A stretch of 64,000 nucleotides of DNA from Chrysomallon squamiferum (GCA_012295275.1 CM022665.1:8680001-8744000), one strand, 5' to 3'. Positions 42,560 through 61,767 are shown, counted from the first letter of the stretch. Made by a program: numbers and translations. Notes: generated by a model from the letters alone, not told the origin.

Positions 42560-42690
42560 TGTACCCATTGCTGATATATACTGGAGCTCACAATAACATG
42601 TATCTTATTGTTTATGGGAGGGTGTACTTAAACTATTCCTGTCTGCTATTTGTAAGTGTAGCCTATGGTTTTTCTTACTCTAATCATCAC
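42560..42690 (+). mobile_element. Degraded SINE copy
   Basis: TATGGGAGGGTGTACTTAAAC..CTGCTATTTGTAAGTGTAGCCTATGGTTTTTCTTACTC is similar to the 12570-12660 core. Confidence 0.35.
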
Positions 42691-43133
42691 ATTACATTAT
42701 TAAAGAAACAGTTGAAAGAATTAATAAATGAATATTTAGTTGTCATTAAATATTAATTCATTTTTTATTCTTTCTACCATTTTTCTTTTAACAATGTAAT
42801 TATTTTAATTTTATTTTACAGAAATATTATATTGTTATATGTTAATCAGGGATATTTTAATATTAAGAGGAAAAATAAAAGATGTTTATAAGATTGTTTC
42901 AGAATCTTGATAAAGTTAAAATCTTCTCTTCTTATCACTCAGTAAATGATTTTAGCCACTAGCCTATACACAAAAAAAAAATATACATATATTATTGACC
43001 ATAGAATAATACCCAATAGCAGACTTTAATTAATTTAATTTTTAAATTAAAAAAAAATATATATATATATATAAAAAAAATAAAGTTTTCATTTGGATAT
43101 CATTAAAACAATTATTCAATCAATCTATTTCAG

Positions 43134-43407
43134 CTGCCAGGTGGGATGGATCTCACTTTGAATGAGCTGCAGGAAATGGCTGCAAGACAACAGCAGCAGA
43201 TTGAGAGTCAGCAACAAGTGTTGGTGGCCAAAGAGCAGCGTCTCAAGTACCTCAAACAGCAGGAACAGAGACACATGCAGTTGTCCTCTGAGCAGGAGAG
43301 ACTTCGCAAACTTCGTGACAAAGTGGATGCTCAGGAATTGAAGTTGAAGAAGCTGAGAGCACTTCGCGGCCAGGTGGAGCAGCAGAAAACAGTGAATGGA
43401 AATTTCA
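43134..43407 (+). CDS. ASPP: ASPP exon, N-terminal coiled coil
   Basis: TTTCAG acceptor; [21 protein letters not shown]...NGNF; A|GTAAGT donor. Confidence 0.93.
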
Positions 43408-46400
43408 GTAAGTTTTCTAAAAGATTTCTTTTGTTACTATTAATAAAAGTTTTCAAATGTTGTTTTCTTTGTTTGATAAAGAAATATAGCATTATGTATG
43501 GTACCAGACTTCTTTACAGATAGACAAACAGACAACCACCAGACTGGCCACAAGACCAACAGACAGACAGACAAACAGACAGAAAGAAAGAAAGAAAGAG
43601 CATTAGGTCTACTTGATCAAAATTTAGACCAATTATTCTTTGAAAAGTGTAGAGTAATGAAAATTAGGCATATTTGATCTAATCTTAAAACAGATATTAT
43701 CACTTGAAAATTGACTATGAATCTGCTTTATCAAAACTCAGAGAAACATTTTTATTTGTTGTAAAGTAAATGAGTTACATAATTAAGATGAAGACTATAT
43801 ATCAGAATTCTATAATATAATTGGAAACACAGCAAACAAACCCAACACAACCCAACTAATTTGTCATAGTATAATGGTTACAAAATTATTCATGTAGTTA
43901 ACAGTAATGTTGAATTGGTTTATGTTGGGAAATAGCTTCAGGAAGAAATTCCTCTTGAAAGGAAAAACATCCTTGACATGTTTGAGAACACAACATAACC
44001 ATTGTTAAGTTTTGTCAGATAACATATTGAACTTAATGTGATATATATAAAGACTATTTAAAAAAAAAAAAAAAAAAAAAAAAAATTTGTTGATTGTTGT
44101 TATTTAAACTGTTTATTTTAATGTTTGATACTGATTTTCACTATTTTAATGCATATTTTGTATAGCCATTTTACATATTAGTTTACTGCATATGATAGTA
44201 TATGTAGGCTTGGCAAAGTTTCAAATTTATGCAGAAACCAACCTGGTTATCATAGGTATAATATTTTAAAATGTTATAATATTATTTTAATTATAAAATC
44301 TAATAATTAACCGTTTCCAAAAGATAAGCAGATATATCCAAATAAATTATATTACATCAACTACAGAAAGCAAATTTACCCCAAAACATTTAAAAAAAAT
44401 CTTTTCATTATTCTGCGAGATGTAGACAGCCCTCCTCCCCCCCAAAATTCCAAAACATTGTATCAGCCCAGTACATGCTGTCATCACTGGGGTTTTCAAC
44501 ACGTTTGTTAGCCTTGTTCAAAAAGTATTTAAAATTTTGCATAACAGTTACTCTGTTAGTTTTAAAAAACAACTGAGACACACGTTAAAATACATCAGTG
44601 TATTTTGTTGTATAAAGTGTGTGTTTAATATTTCAGACTCTGAATTGGACTCAGTTAAAGCACTGTTCAACGAAAAGGAAAAAGAACTTTCATTAGCTGT
44701 AGCCAAAGTTGAATATTTGACTAAACAACTGGAGGAAATTCAGAAAGGAAAAATTAATGGAATAAATGGAGAAACTCAGTCTGCTGCAGTGGCTGAATTA
44801 GAGAAACTTAGAAAAGAGCTTATGGTAAGTTGATGACATTAAAATAATATTAGTAAGGTAAGGAATAAAATATTATAATGTAATAATACAGAATATGAGA
44901 TTCATCAGATAATTATAATAAAATGTTGCTTATTTCAGTTAAGAAATAAACTCAATGATGAACAAAGCAACAAACTTTCTGCTCAGAAAGAACTTCTTTT
45001 CCATAAGAAGGATGAAGTAGGTAAAATGGACCTTCGAATTCAGGAACTACAACAACGAATAAAAAAACGCAGATCACAGCAGCACGAACAAGCCCAGCAG
45101 AACAAAAATACAGTGATTCAGAACAAATACCCAGGACGACCAGCAGGAACAAACATAGCAGCAGTTGAACCATACATTCAGATTAAAGACTCTGTTCAAG
45201 AGGATTTGTGTAAAAACACTGGGTTCTTGAAAAAAGATCCAAAATATCAGTCACTTCCTTCTAATGCGAAGTATATTCCTGACAAAAACAGTGAACAAAA
45301 CAAAGAGATGAATAACAATGAACAAACAGAGGATAGACAGTTACCCAGTGGTGTGCACAGTGATTTCTATAGGAGAAAGCCAGATATGAATGGCCCAAAT
45401 GCTGGCCCATCAATAGATGAAACTTCAGCAAGTGTCAGTTCCCTTGTAGTCAAATTTCAAAATGGAGAACCAAATGCTATGTTAGGTCAGGAGAGTAAAC
45501 CAACTAGTGCTAATAATCAAGGAACAACAAAATTCAGTGTGAGTAATATTGCCAAATATGCTCCAAGACCTTTTGGGAGCACATACAGCACAACAGTTCT
45601 AGCAGGAAGACTGCCAGGTCAGTCCATACAGCAACCTGTTATTAATATTACTGAGGAGGAGAGACAGGCTGGTAGTGGACAGAGTTCTCCAGCTTCCAGT
45701 GACAGTTCTCAGAGTTCACCTAATGGAAGAAGCACTATGGCTTTGTCAAATGGAGGACATCCATTATCATCTGGTGTAACAAAACAAAAGCCGTCTCCTC
45801 CTGTTAGAAACACTGGTCAAACTGGATCTGTTGGATCTGCTGTCCAGGGAAAAATGCTTCCAAAGTCTATTAGTGCTCAAAACATTCCATACAGTCAACA
45901 AAAAGTTGGACAGACAGCTCCTGCATCTTATGTAGTTTCTAAGAAAGGGATCCGTACAACACTGACGGAAGGCAAAAGTTCAACTCCTAAGATGATTGGT
46001 TTTTATCCAAATTCTGCACGAAATATCATTGAAGCCCAGGATGTTACAGATTCAAGCAAGTTTTCTTATGATTCTCCTGTTTCTGAAAAGTCTCAGCCTC
46101 AAGCTCATTCAACTCCTCTTCCAGTTTCTAGCAGTGGCACTGCAAAAGTAGCTGTGTCTCAAACAGGTGGGTTTAAAGGAGCCCCAACTTACAGATATGC
46201 TACAAAGAATACAATAATGAATACATATATGGTAAAACTCGGTAGTTCAGCTTTGCAGAAATATCAAGCAAATATGCAAAAGTTGTACCAAAATGCAGAT
46301 CTTCCCAATGTTCAAGCAGAAAATTCAAAGCAAGATGACAGTTTGCCTGTGAGCAGTTCTGCTTCAGAAAACAGTGGCAGTTATAATGTGCCAACTGCTA

Positions 46401-49400
46401 GTCACTTTCCACTGACAAAAGACAAAGCATCTTCAGAACAAAGAACAGCATTCAATCAGTCATCTGCCCAAGGGGAAAATGAAAGTACTGATAATTCATC
46501 AAGAAAACATACTCATTTTGGGCTGGTAGGCTTGCCCCAGTATCAGCAAATAGCCTCTGACAAAGGCAGTTACAAAGCTAACACACCAAAACAAGTGAGA
46601 AGACGACACTCAGATAGTGACAACGAAGACTTGCACAAGTACTTGCGAGGAGGTTATGAAAAATATGCAGCCAATCAAAAAATAAGCAGTGGTCTTTCAA
46701 ATCAACAGCCTAGTGCCTTTCCAAATTCTGAGCAGTCAGAAAGTGGTAATAGCAGTGTTCAGTCAGACAGCAGTAAGTCAGATACTAAAAATGCTTCTGA
46801 GTCTTCCAAAATACAGCAGTCAACTTTGTCTGAAGAAGTTCCTCAACAGAAGAAGAAGACAAATTTGAAAACAACAAAAAAATCCAAGAAAACCTCACAT
46901 CGTGTCAGTTTCGATCCTCTTGCTCTTCTTTTAGATGCTTCTCTGGAAGGAGAGCTTGATCTTGTGACGAGGACAGCAAAAGAGGTGGGTTTATTTTTCA
47001 TAGTTCTTTTTCAGTTCCATTAGTCAAATAAATAAGTTTAATATTTTTTAATCACAGTATAATATTTCTCAATTTGCAGAATTTTCTCAATCTAAAAAAT
47101 TCTGAGCCAGTTTCAAATTTACAAATAACAACTGAACATGGGATGTACATTTTTGTCACAACTGTAACAACATAACTATATAATTTGTTTACTAATTTTT
47201 TTTTTTTAATATGTCAAGACATTTGACACTTAAAGTAAAAATATTCTACATTCTAGAACTCACTAATTTATTCTGTTTTCAGGTGAAAGATGTAAGTGCT
47301 CCCAATGATGAAGGAATCACTGCTCTACATAATGCAATCTGTGCTGGACATTATGAGATTGTCCGCTTCCTGGTTGAGTTTGGTTGTGATGTTAATTCTC
47401 CTGACAGTGATGGCTGGTAAGAAAAATAATAATTTAGAATATATTTTTTTTAAAGTGTTTTATCAGTATTTTCATTTTTATCTGAAGAAAAATTTAAAAC
47501 TACAAATTTTTATGTAAAATACACTTTTTACATTTATAATGAAATGCATGGTAATTATTTTTAAAATAAACATTACTTTCATTCAGTTTTTACATTTGGA
47601 CACTTTTTTCATTTCCAAAATGCATATTAATAATTTCAGGACTCCACTGCATTGTGCTGCATCTTGTAACAACTTGCCAATGGTGAAGTTTCTTGTGGAA
47701 CATGGAGCATGTATTTTTGCCACTACTTACAGCGATCACGAGACAGCAGCAGATAAATGTGAGGAGGATGAGGAGGGCTATGATGGATGCTCAGATTACC
47801 TGTACAGTAAGTATTATTTTCACAAATTTATTTTTAAATAAATAAATAACAATAATGTCCAGATTAACAAGACATTATTTGTTGTAATAAAAAATGTATT
47901 AAAAAAATAATAATAATACACACGTTAATTCCACTTCTTTATTAAACTAATATTAGTGACATTGCATTTCTGATCAGGGATTAGTCAGTATTACAATTTA
48001 ATCCCTGATCAGAAATGCAATGTCACTAATATTAGTTTAATAAAGAAGTGGAATTAAAATTATTCAGTGTTTCACCAAACGTGTATTATTAATTTTTTTT
48101 TTAATACATCTTTTTATTACAACAAATAATATCTTATTACTCTGGACATTATTGTTATTTATTTATTTAAGAATAAATTAGCACTGACAAATTTCATAGA
48201 GACGTATTTTTTTTTATTTTGGCAATTTAATTGAAAAGACTCGATAAATATTTAATGCAGGGACATATTATTCATAAGGCTGACTAGGCTGAAGACTAGA
48301 GGGCTGACAATTTTTTGTTTTTCTGAGGCACTGTTGCCTTTGTAGTGGGGTGAAAGATTGAAGTGCCAGAGGGGGGACCAACATACATAAAAGCCTAAGG
48401 GCCCAGCCATGGATTAATAGTCCTGATGTATTGATCAAAATGTTTAAAAAAAATTAAAAATTGTATAATGCTAAAGGCCTTTTTTAAATTGCAAATTAAA
48501 TCAGATGCTCAAATTTGCTCAGAGTTTTTCCATGATTACCATTATTCAGTTATGCATATCTTTTCAGTCATGCAACAAGTAGTGTCAAAATGAAGGCTGT
48601 TACAAAAATAATGTGAATAATTAAATAACTTGATTTCACCCAAAATGTTTAATCTTGTTTTATGAAAAACAAAAAACTAACAGAACCTTGTTCAAATACT
48701 TAATTTCATGTTTTGTCTGACATTAAAAAGATTGATTGTATACTGAAACTAAAATTAAGTGTGTGAAACATACCAGAAAAAGATATATAAATAATATTGT
48801 AATTAAATGGATAGCTAAAGGGAGTTAATCCATACACCCACAGATTTTATCTTTACGTTTTTTTTTTTTTTTACTTGTTCCAGGTATTCAAGAAAAACTT
48901 GGAATTCTTAACAATGGTGAAGTTTATGCAGTGTTTGAATACAAGGCTCAGAATCCAGATGAGTTGACCATTAAAATTGGTGATAAAATTGTAATACTTC
49001 GAAAAGGTGACGAGAAAGAGAAGGATTGGTGGTGGGCTCAGAAACAAGATAAAGAGGGCTATGTGGCCAAGAATCTGCTTGGAGTAAGTATATAGATTGT
49101 TATTATCATCAGTTGTTACTTTATTTGTTGTTTATACTGGCAAGAAAAACTCTGTGGCCAACAATCTAAGTGGAATAAGTATATTTTGTTATTATCAAGA
49201 GTTATTTAACTAATTTATTGTTTAAGCTGACAGAGAATATTACAAGGCCAAGAATCTACTTGGAGTAAATTATTCCTGTTGTTATTATTGTGTGGATTTT
49301 AAAATGTAATTGCCTGTTTATTAAATTTATGATATGAATGAATGCATGTTTAACCTAAATGTGTTTAGTCAAACAATTCAAGCTAGCTATAGTTCAGTTT

Positions 49401-49735
49401 TAATATATTCAGTGATAAAAGCTTTGTTTTACTTTTATTAATTTATTTTTCATATTATTCTTCTGATCCATTTTTATTCTTTAAAATGAGAAAACAAGCT
49501 GTTAATATTCTTCTTGCCAAGGAACCAATTAAAAACAATATATTTCCTTTTTGTAGTTATGTGTTCAACATAAATTTATTGCATTTCATTTTTGAATGTT
49601 TTAATGCATTTCATTTTTGAATGTTTTAATGCATTTATTTTTACATAACCAGTATTACCCTTTTTCTTCTTCCAGTTGTATCCTCGAGTTCTACCAAAGT
49701 ACCTGAAAGAGGACGGCCCATCAAAGGACCAGTGA
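43134..49735 (+). CDS. ASPP: ASPP-family protein (apoptosis-stimulating protein of p53, TP53BP2/PPP1R13B-like); 7 core coding exons, N-terminal exons further upstream
   Basis: Exons 43134-43407, 44637-44824, 44939-46984, 47283-47416, 47640-47806, 48884-49083, 49676-49735 join in frame with GT-AG sites (3069 nt, 1022 aa + stop). Motifs: [24 protein letters not shown] coiled coil, PP1-binding RVSF in [23 protein letters not shown], ankyrin repeats ([27 protein letters not shown]), SH3 (VYAVFEY...WWWA...[13 protein letters not shown]). Confidence 0.95.
44637..44824 (+). CDS. ASPP: ASPP exon, coiled coil
   Basis: TTTCAG acceptor; [25 protein letters not shown]...LRKELM; ATG|GTAAGT donor. Confidence 0.92.
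44939..46984 (+). CDS. ASPP: ASPP large exon (2046 nt; Ser/Gln-rich linker to RVxF motif)
   Basis: Contains the 665-aa ORF 45026-47023; acceptor TTTCAG at 44938; donor GAG|GTGGGT. Confidence 0.93.
47283..47416 (+). CDS. ASPP: ASPP exon, ankyrin repeats
   Basis: [45 protein letters not shown]; canonical splice sites. Confidence 0.95.
47640..47806 (+). CDS. ASPP: ASPP exon, ankyrin repeats
   Basis: [55 protein letters not shown]; canonical splice sites. Confidence 0.95.
47825..48179. repeat. Long inverted repeat/hairpin in ASPP intron
   Basis: Perfect 59-bp arms 47925-47983 / 47999-48057 with a 15-nt loop, extended by ~100-bp imperfect outer arms. Confidence 0.93.
48258..48425. mobile_element. 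Degenerate non-autonomous DNA transposon (MITE, hAT-like)
   Basis: Imperfect TIRs CAGGGACATATTA / TTAATAGTCCTG, internal TAGGC/GCCTA motifs, flanking 8-mers ATTTAATG / ATGTATTG (6/8 identical, TSD-like). Confidence 0.5.
48884..49083 (+). CDS. ASPP: ASPP exon, SH3 domain
   Basis: [66 protein letters not shown]; poly-T tract + CAG acceptor, GGA|GTAAGT donor. Confidence 0.95.
49065..49290 (+). repeat. Tandem triplication (~90-91 bp unit) spanning the ASPP SH3 exon donor
   Basis: GGCCAA(G/C)AATCT..TGGA(G/A)TAA recurs at 49065, 49156 and 49246. Confidence 0.8.
49676..49735 (+). CDS. ASPP: ASPP last coding exon
   Basis: [19 protein letters not shown]; strong pyrimidine tract + CAG acceptor; LYPR completes the ASPP SH3. 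Confidence 0.92.
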   Translation: MYPRVLPKYLKEDGPSKDQ

Positions 49736-50812
49736 TTTTGTTAAAATTAGTTTTGTAAATAAGTCCAAAGATGCAGTTCTCATATTTTTAACCAAATTAA
49801 ATGAAATTTTCTTATTTTTTAAATGTTCTTTGCAAAGTCTACCAATTATTTTTGCTACCAATTATTTCTTAATATTTTATCTGTAACAATGTGGGAAAAG
49901 GTTTTATATCTCCAGATAGAGAAAGGCATGTGATTCAGTCACTGGTTGTTATTGTTGTTGCAAACTTTGAAAACAATGTTGTTAATTCAGATAATGCACA
50001 ACAAAAATTTTATGTTATTAATTTTTTTAAATGTTAATAACAATAAAAATTACATTTTCAAATATTTTTTTGTAATTTAAACTTTTTATAACAGTTATTA
50101 TTATTTTTTTAAATTTCACCCTTTTTTTTTTCTTTTTTTTATATAAATATTTGACACTTTAAACAGAGAACAGTAGTTAAATTATACCATTGTGGAGATA
50201 GGATTTTTTTACATTTTTAAATTCATAAAATTGATTAAATTCGGAATAATTAAATTAAAAAGTGTAAATCGTATTTAAAAGTCCCAGATAATCTGGTGTG
50301 TAACAAGTTAGAAACTGGTTACTTGAACTTCTTTTTTATTAGTCCCAGATAAACTGATGTTTATTTATTTTAAACAAAATAAATGTTTGATGAATATAAA
50401 ATAAATGTTGTCTGTCATTGCTGGGATCTGAAAGTGTAAGAAAAACTCTGAAAAATATTTTCTATTTTTTATAGTCTATCTTTACTGTGTAAATTAGTGT
50501 TTGAGATAAATGGCATAATGAATGTGACAGGAAAGTGCAATATTGTGGGTTCATCAGTACAATTCTTTACCTTTCCATCTTAATTTTCAACTATATTCCA
50601 GTTTTAAAATGATTAACATCATTTTCAAAATTTTCAGTTTTTGATCAGCTTATGTGTAATTTACATAAATTCTCATTTTGTTTTGTTTAAATTGTTTGAC
50701 TACTTTAACTTAAATATTTTACTCTATTTTAATCTTTGATTTATGTGATATTATTTTCTATTAAGATTTTTTTTTTTTTTTTTTTTTTAAATTTTATTAT
50801 TTAAAAATAAAG

Positions 50813-51033
50813 CAACAAACTTTATTTTCTTTGGTCACATTCAGATTTTCTTTTATTTTCAGACAATAGCATGTTGCATATTCTTTTTTTTGTTTAATTG
50901 AAAATTGATATTTTAGTCAACAAACTTTATTTTCTTTGGTCACATTCAGATATTCTCTTTTATTTTCAGGCAATAGCATGTTGTTTTTTTTTTTTTTTCA
51001 TTTCTTTTCACTGAAAATTTATATTTTAATCAA
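50813..51033. repeat. ~105-bp tandem duplication in the ASPP 3' region
   Basis: CAACAAACTTTATTTTCTTTGGTCACATTCAGAT starts at 50813 and 50918. Confidence 0.85.
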
Positions 51034-52085
51034 GTTGAGACCATATACGTTTGATATTAATCATTAAACATCTCCTTTATTACAGAAATTTGTCTTTTCT
51101 CTCTTTAAAAAAAATAAAAAAATAAAAATTTAAAAAAATAAATGATACTGATTTAACAGCTTAGAAAAATATGTACTTTTTAATTTTTAAGAAAGTCTTA
51201 AAATTTTGTACAGATATTGTTGTTACATTATTGTAACTTTTTAGTAACTGGTAAGACAATATTTGTTGAAGCAGTTATACTCTGTACATTGCTTTAAGTG
51301 CAGTGCACTAAATATATTTTGTACATAATTTATACTTTTTCTATGCATGAGAAGCATGGGCTGTGTATTTTTTTTTTATTTATCCTTGCATTTTGTTTGG
51401 TTCAAAATTATTAAATATCAGATTACCTATTCAGGTCACTGATACTGGCAACTTCAGCAAATGGCTGTGTCAAGGAAAATGTACAGGTTTTCCAGTTCTC
51501 TGGTTGTTTTTGTTTTGCTGTAGTCATTGTTAATTGCAGAAATGACATGCAAGATCTGTCCAAGAATATATTTCAGCATCTGTTTGTTATGAAAAATCTT
51601 GAAGGACATTTTAACTTTGTTAGCTAAATTTCCAGTTACTTTACAATCAAAATATATAATAAAAAAATAAACTAATTGTTTTGTTATTACTTTTTTGTAT
51701 TATGCTCCATTCAGATATTTTACACTAATAATGCATTCATGCTTAGTAATGTTGTGAAAGTACACACTTAAAGGTTTGACAAATTGTGTTCAGAATTGTT
51801 TCTGAAAGCTGTGATATGTAAACTTTGATTAGGAATTCTAAAAAGAACTGCCACAGTAATGTCTTTCAGAATAAACAATGCTAAAAAGGTATGTTTCATG
51901 AACTTTTTATTCACAGCACTTTGCAATGAAAGAAAAAACAAAATGATAAAAATATCAATGAAATACACAATTTCTTATTACTTATTATTTCCAATATTTG
52001 TTCAGCTAAAAATCCAATACATAATCAAGTGCTGTGAAGTGAAATGTAGAAAAATGGTTATATTCTAATAATATAACAAATATGA

Positions 52086-57794
<5,709 letters not shown>

Positions 57795-60244
57795 TGTTCC
57801 AAATGGACTGGTTCACGTGGTAAACGAGATTCGCTTTTCAAAATGATTTTTCACGTTAACACTTCTGTATTTTAAAATTCCTCCAAAATACTGATGAGTT
57901 TAAATATTTCATTATGTTTACGCTGTTAATGAATATGAATGCTAAATCGAATAGGCTGAACTAAGAATTATTCGTATATGTTTACAAATACTTGTGTATA
58001 TATTTTTGAAAACATTATCGCGAACTCCATTATACCTTTCATTCTGATAAATACATCTAAAAATTAAATACAAGGTTTTTGAAATCTTTATTCAAATCGC
58101 TCAATAATATTAATAAATAAATAAATAAATAAATAAATAACAGGTGTAAAACTGTACTTGCTGTTTTAGATAATTTTGTCAATCCTCTGAATTTTATTTT
58201 GATATTCTTGACAGAAATCTAATATAATATTTATTTATATATGTTATTTCGGAAATAAAATGTAAGCGTTTTGTTGTTGCTGTGGTTTTTATTTAGATTT
58301 TGTTCCCCTCACACCATCAATATCTGTAAATTACAAAATGTTTTTTTCATTTTTATTTAATAATTATAGTTAATTTAGTATTCAAAATATTTACTAAATT
58401 AATCATATGTTTCTATCTTCTTTCTTTCTTTACAATTTTAAATTTTACATGAAGCTTCTGATTGCCTCATCAAGTTATTTCACTATTAATGGTTATTGAA
58501 TGTCAAGTTTATAGGTGTTTTTTGATAATGATAATAATATGAATGAAGAAAAAATCTAATTTTAAATCTAATGTCAAAATAATTTTGTTGTTATTATTAT
58601 TATTATTCATTTAATAAGTTTACCAAAAATAATTTAATGAATAAATAAAGAACAAGCAATGATTTCTGGAATAGATTTTATTGTTTGTAATGACAGCACC
58701 TTATAATTTGATATATTATAATATTTTGTCTAAGAAAAACCCCAATATTCCATCTATAATTTTACTAATAAATAACATATACTTTTATATATTAGGTGGA
58801 TATTTATTAAGCATGACTCTTTTTTTAATCTAATCAGCAATACAGGAAAAAGTTTTATTAGAATTTAAAATATTTTTTCAATTGCATTTCTCTTTGCTTT
58901 CAGTAAATTTCAGATCTATTCATATAAATGATGCAGAAAGTGCAACATTCAGCAGTTCAGATATTACATAGATGACATTTCTTTATTAATTAACTATTCA
59001 TATACAAAAATAAACATGGCTGGATATTAATTAGCTATAACATTAATTAATTCCAATAATAATTCATTAAAACCAAACCAACAGTATAACAGAAAATAAA
59101 ATATTTAGTTGTAAAAATCTGTATATGTATATAATTATGTATATTTTTAAGGATAGATGAAAGAATGGATGGACTAACAGACTTATGGAAAGAATATATT
59201 ATAAACATACAACATATACAAATACATAGATAAACAGACATAGAACAAATAATTATTTTAAATAGATACTCAAAGCAAAAGCACGATAAACTGTTCTAGC
59301 ATGAACTGAAATTTTGTTTCCATGGAAATTAAAGTTATTTTAACAAAGCACATAAAATTAAACTCAATCACATATTAAAATGGAAATCACCCATTTGATA
59401 TTGTCAAAACAATATTTTTATAAATAAAAGCACTGAAGTTTACAAGCAGTAAGATAACAGAAAGGTAAATATTTAAATTGTTTAATAATAATAAATATTG
59501 GATTAAATATATTTAGCATTTCTAGAGCAATATTATAAATGCCAGCAGCTACAACAGTAGCACTATTATACAAGTAAATATATTTAAAAAAAAAAAACAT
59601 TCTTAAAATGTATAGGATAATTAAATATGCACATAAAAGAGGCATATCTAAGAAGCATGTAAGTATACACATATACACACACTTTAACAAATGCACACAC
59701 AATATTTACTTTTGAAATATAATTTACTTTTGTATGTGTGACTTGGTATGCTTACATATGCACATAATTGTGCACATGTTCATGTGCGTTTCTACATAAC
59801 TTAAGCTGCATCTCTTTTTTAATAATAAACAACCTGTATATACATATAAAAGTACAAAAATACATTTTGACAATAAAATATAAATCTGTTACATAACTAA
59901 TATCTGGACATATCAGTCAGAGTAAAACTGGCCTTAAATTATAAAAATATCTGTATATTATTTTCTACAGTTATTTAACTATATGCCATTGGCAAAATTT
60001 CATTCTGTTCTTTATATATATATATATATATATCCACAAATGGTCATAATTTGTTATTGACCAAGCCTAATTGTCTGAACAACAAAAAACCAAATAGATA
60101 AAATATAAAAAATGTAAACAATATATAAAATCTGTTTTGGCTATTTGTTTGCACCACCACAAATGCACTTAACAGAAGAAAAACAATTAGTTTCTAAGAA
60201 AATAGTCCAATATTATTTATACATCAGTTTGGCTTTCTGGCAAT

Positions 60245-60324
60245 TTAATCAGTATTACTGTTTCCAGCAGTCTCTGTAAGTTTATGAATTGTTCCTTTTC
60301 TTCCATCAACTAATAGCTGCTCTC
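60245..60324 (-). CDS. PEP-synthase-like gene last coding exon
   Basis: EQLLVDGRKGTIHKLTETAGNSNTD*. Confidence 0.88.
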
Positions 60325-61730
60325 CTGAAAAAAAGAACAAATATATACTTAGTTCAAAATAAATACAGAATGACTGTGTTTAAAAAAAAATATTCAAGTA
60401 AATAATGCACAGTGAAAAAGAAATGATAATTTTAAAACAAGAAGAAAAAGAGAAATTATTTATAAACCTATAAGTTATTTGTTTAACAAATACAATTACC
60501 AATTTAAATTAATAATAATATTCTGATATTACCTGATTTGATGAGAACAGTTGCCAAGGGAACATTGACAACACAAGGAATGCCATATTCTCTAGCAACT
60601 ACAGCTCCTGAAAGATTACAAAAACAAAAAAAAATCATTTTCATTATAATAATAGTTTATAAGAGAGAAGGAGTAAAATTTGATTATAACTGAACAATGA
60701 GAGAAAGAACAAAATTTGATTAATTGAATAATATATAAAATACATTTCAATTATAATTTTCTTTTTTCTGTTTATTTTAAATTGGAATTTGTAGAGATTA
60801 TTTTTCCATCAAAACAGTATATATTAATAAATTTTAAAAATTGCTACCACTGCCATGACAACTAACCATGTGACACACTCCCTCCTGTCTCTGTGATGAG
60901 TGCAGCAATCAATGGAAAATATGGTGTCCAGCCCACATCAGTTATAGTGACAACCAGAATGTCACCTGCCTGAAATACAGCAAATGTCAGTTTTAAACAC
61001 AAACTGTCAGTTTTATAAATGAAACATAAGAACAAATTAATATTCACACACACACACACACACACAAGAGACAGACACACATACAAAAACATAAACTGGA
61101 ATATGTAAACCATATATACAACAATGCTTTATAATGAAAACAATTTTTCAACACAAACATCTCTTTGGTGTACTGAGGAATATTTCTTTTTTTATTTCGA
61201 GTTTACTGCAGAAGTATTTTCCAATAGAAACATTTCTTTAAAGTGCTTGTGAATAATTCAGTTTATTTTAAAATGATCTTACAACACAAACCACTGTTTC
61301 AAGTACCACTGACTATTTCTGTTTTGTTAGAGTTTACTGCAGAAATGGATGGTGATGTAGCTTTGTTGTTGTCTCAATGTCCAGATGTCATCAGTGCCAG
61401 TAGATATACAGACACACAAACATTACAAGTGTATATGTATATGAAGGCTTAAGATAGAAACAGTGTGAGACTGCTGAATAAATACACACACCAAATACAT
61501 TTATCTACAAAAAGAAAGAAAGAAAAAAGAGATAATTTTTAACTCACCTGGATGATTTCGGCTTCATCCAAATTGAGAACTACTCTTGCAGTTCCTTTCA
61601 CTTTTCCAATACTGACAGGAAAACCTAAGCAAAATAACACAATAAATAAATTAAAATATGTGTGTGTATGTGTGCATGTCTGTATGGATAAATAGATAGA
61701 TAGACGAAACTGTTTAAGAATAATAATGAC

Positions 61731-61767
<37 letters not shown>

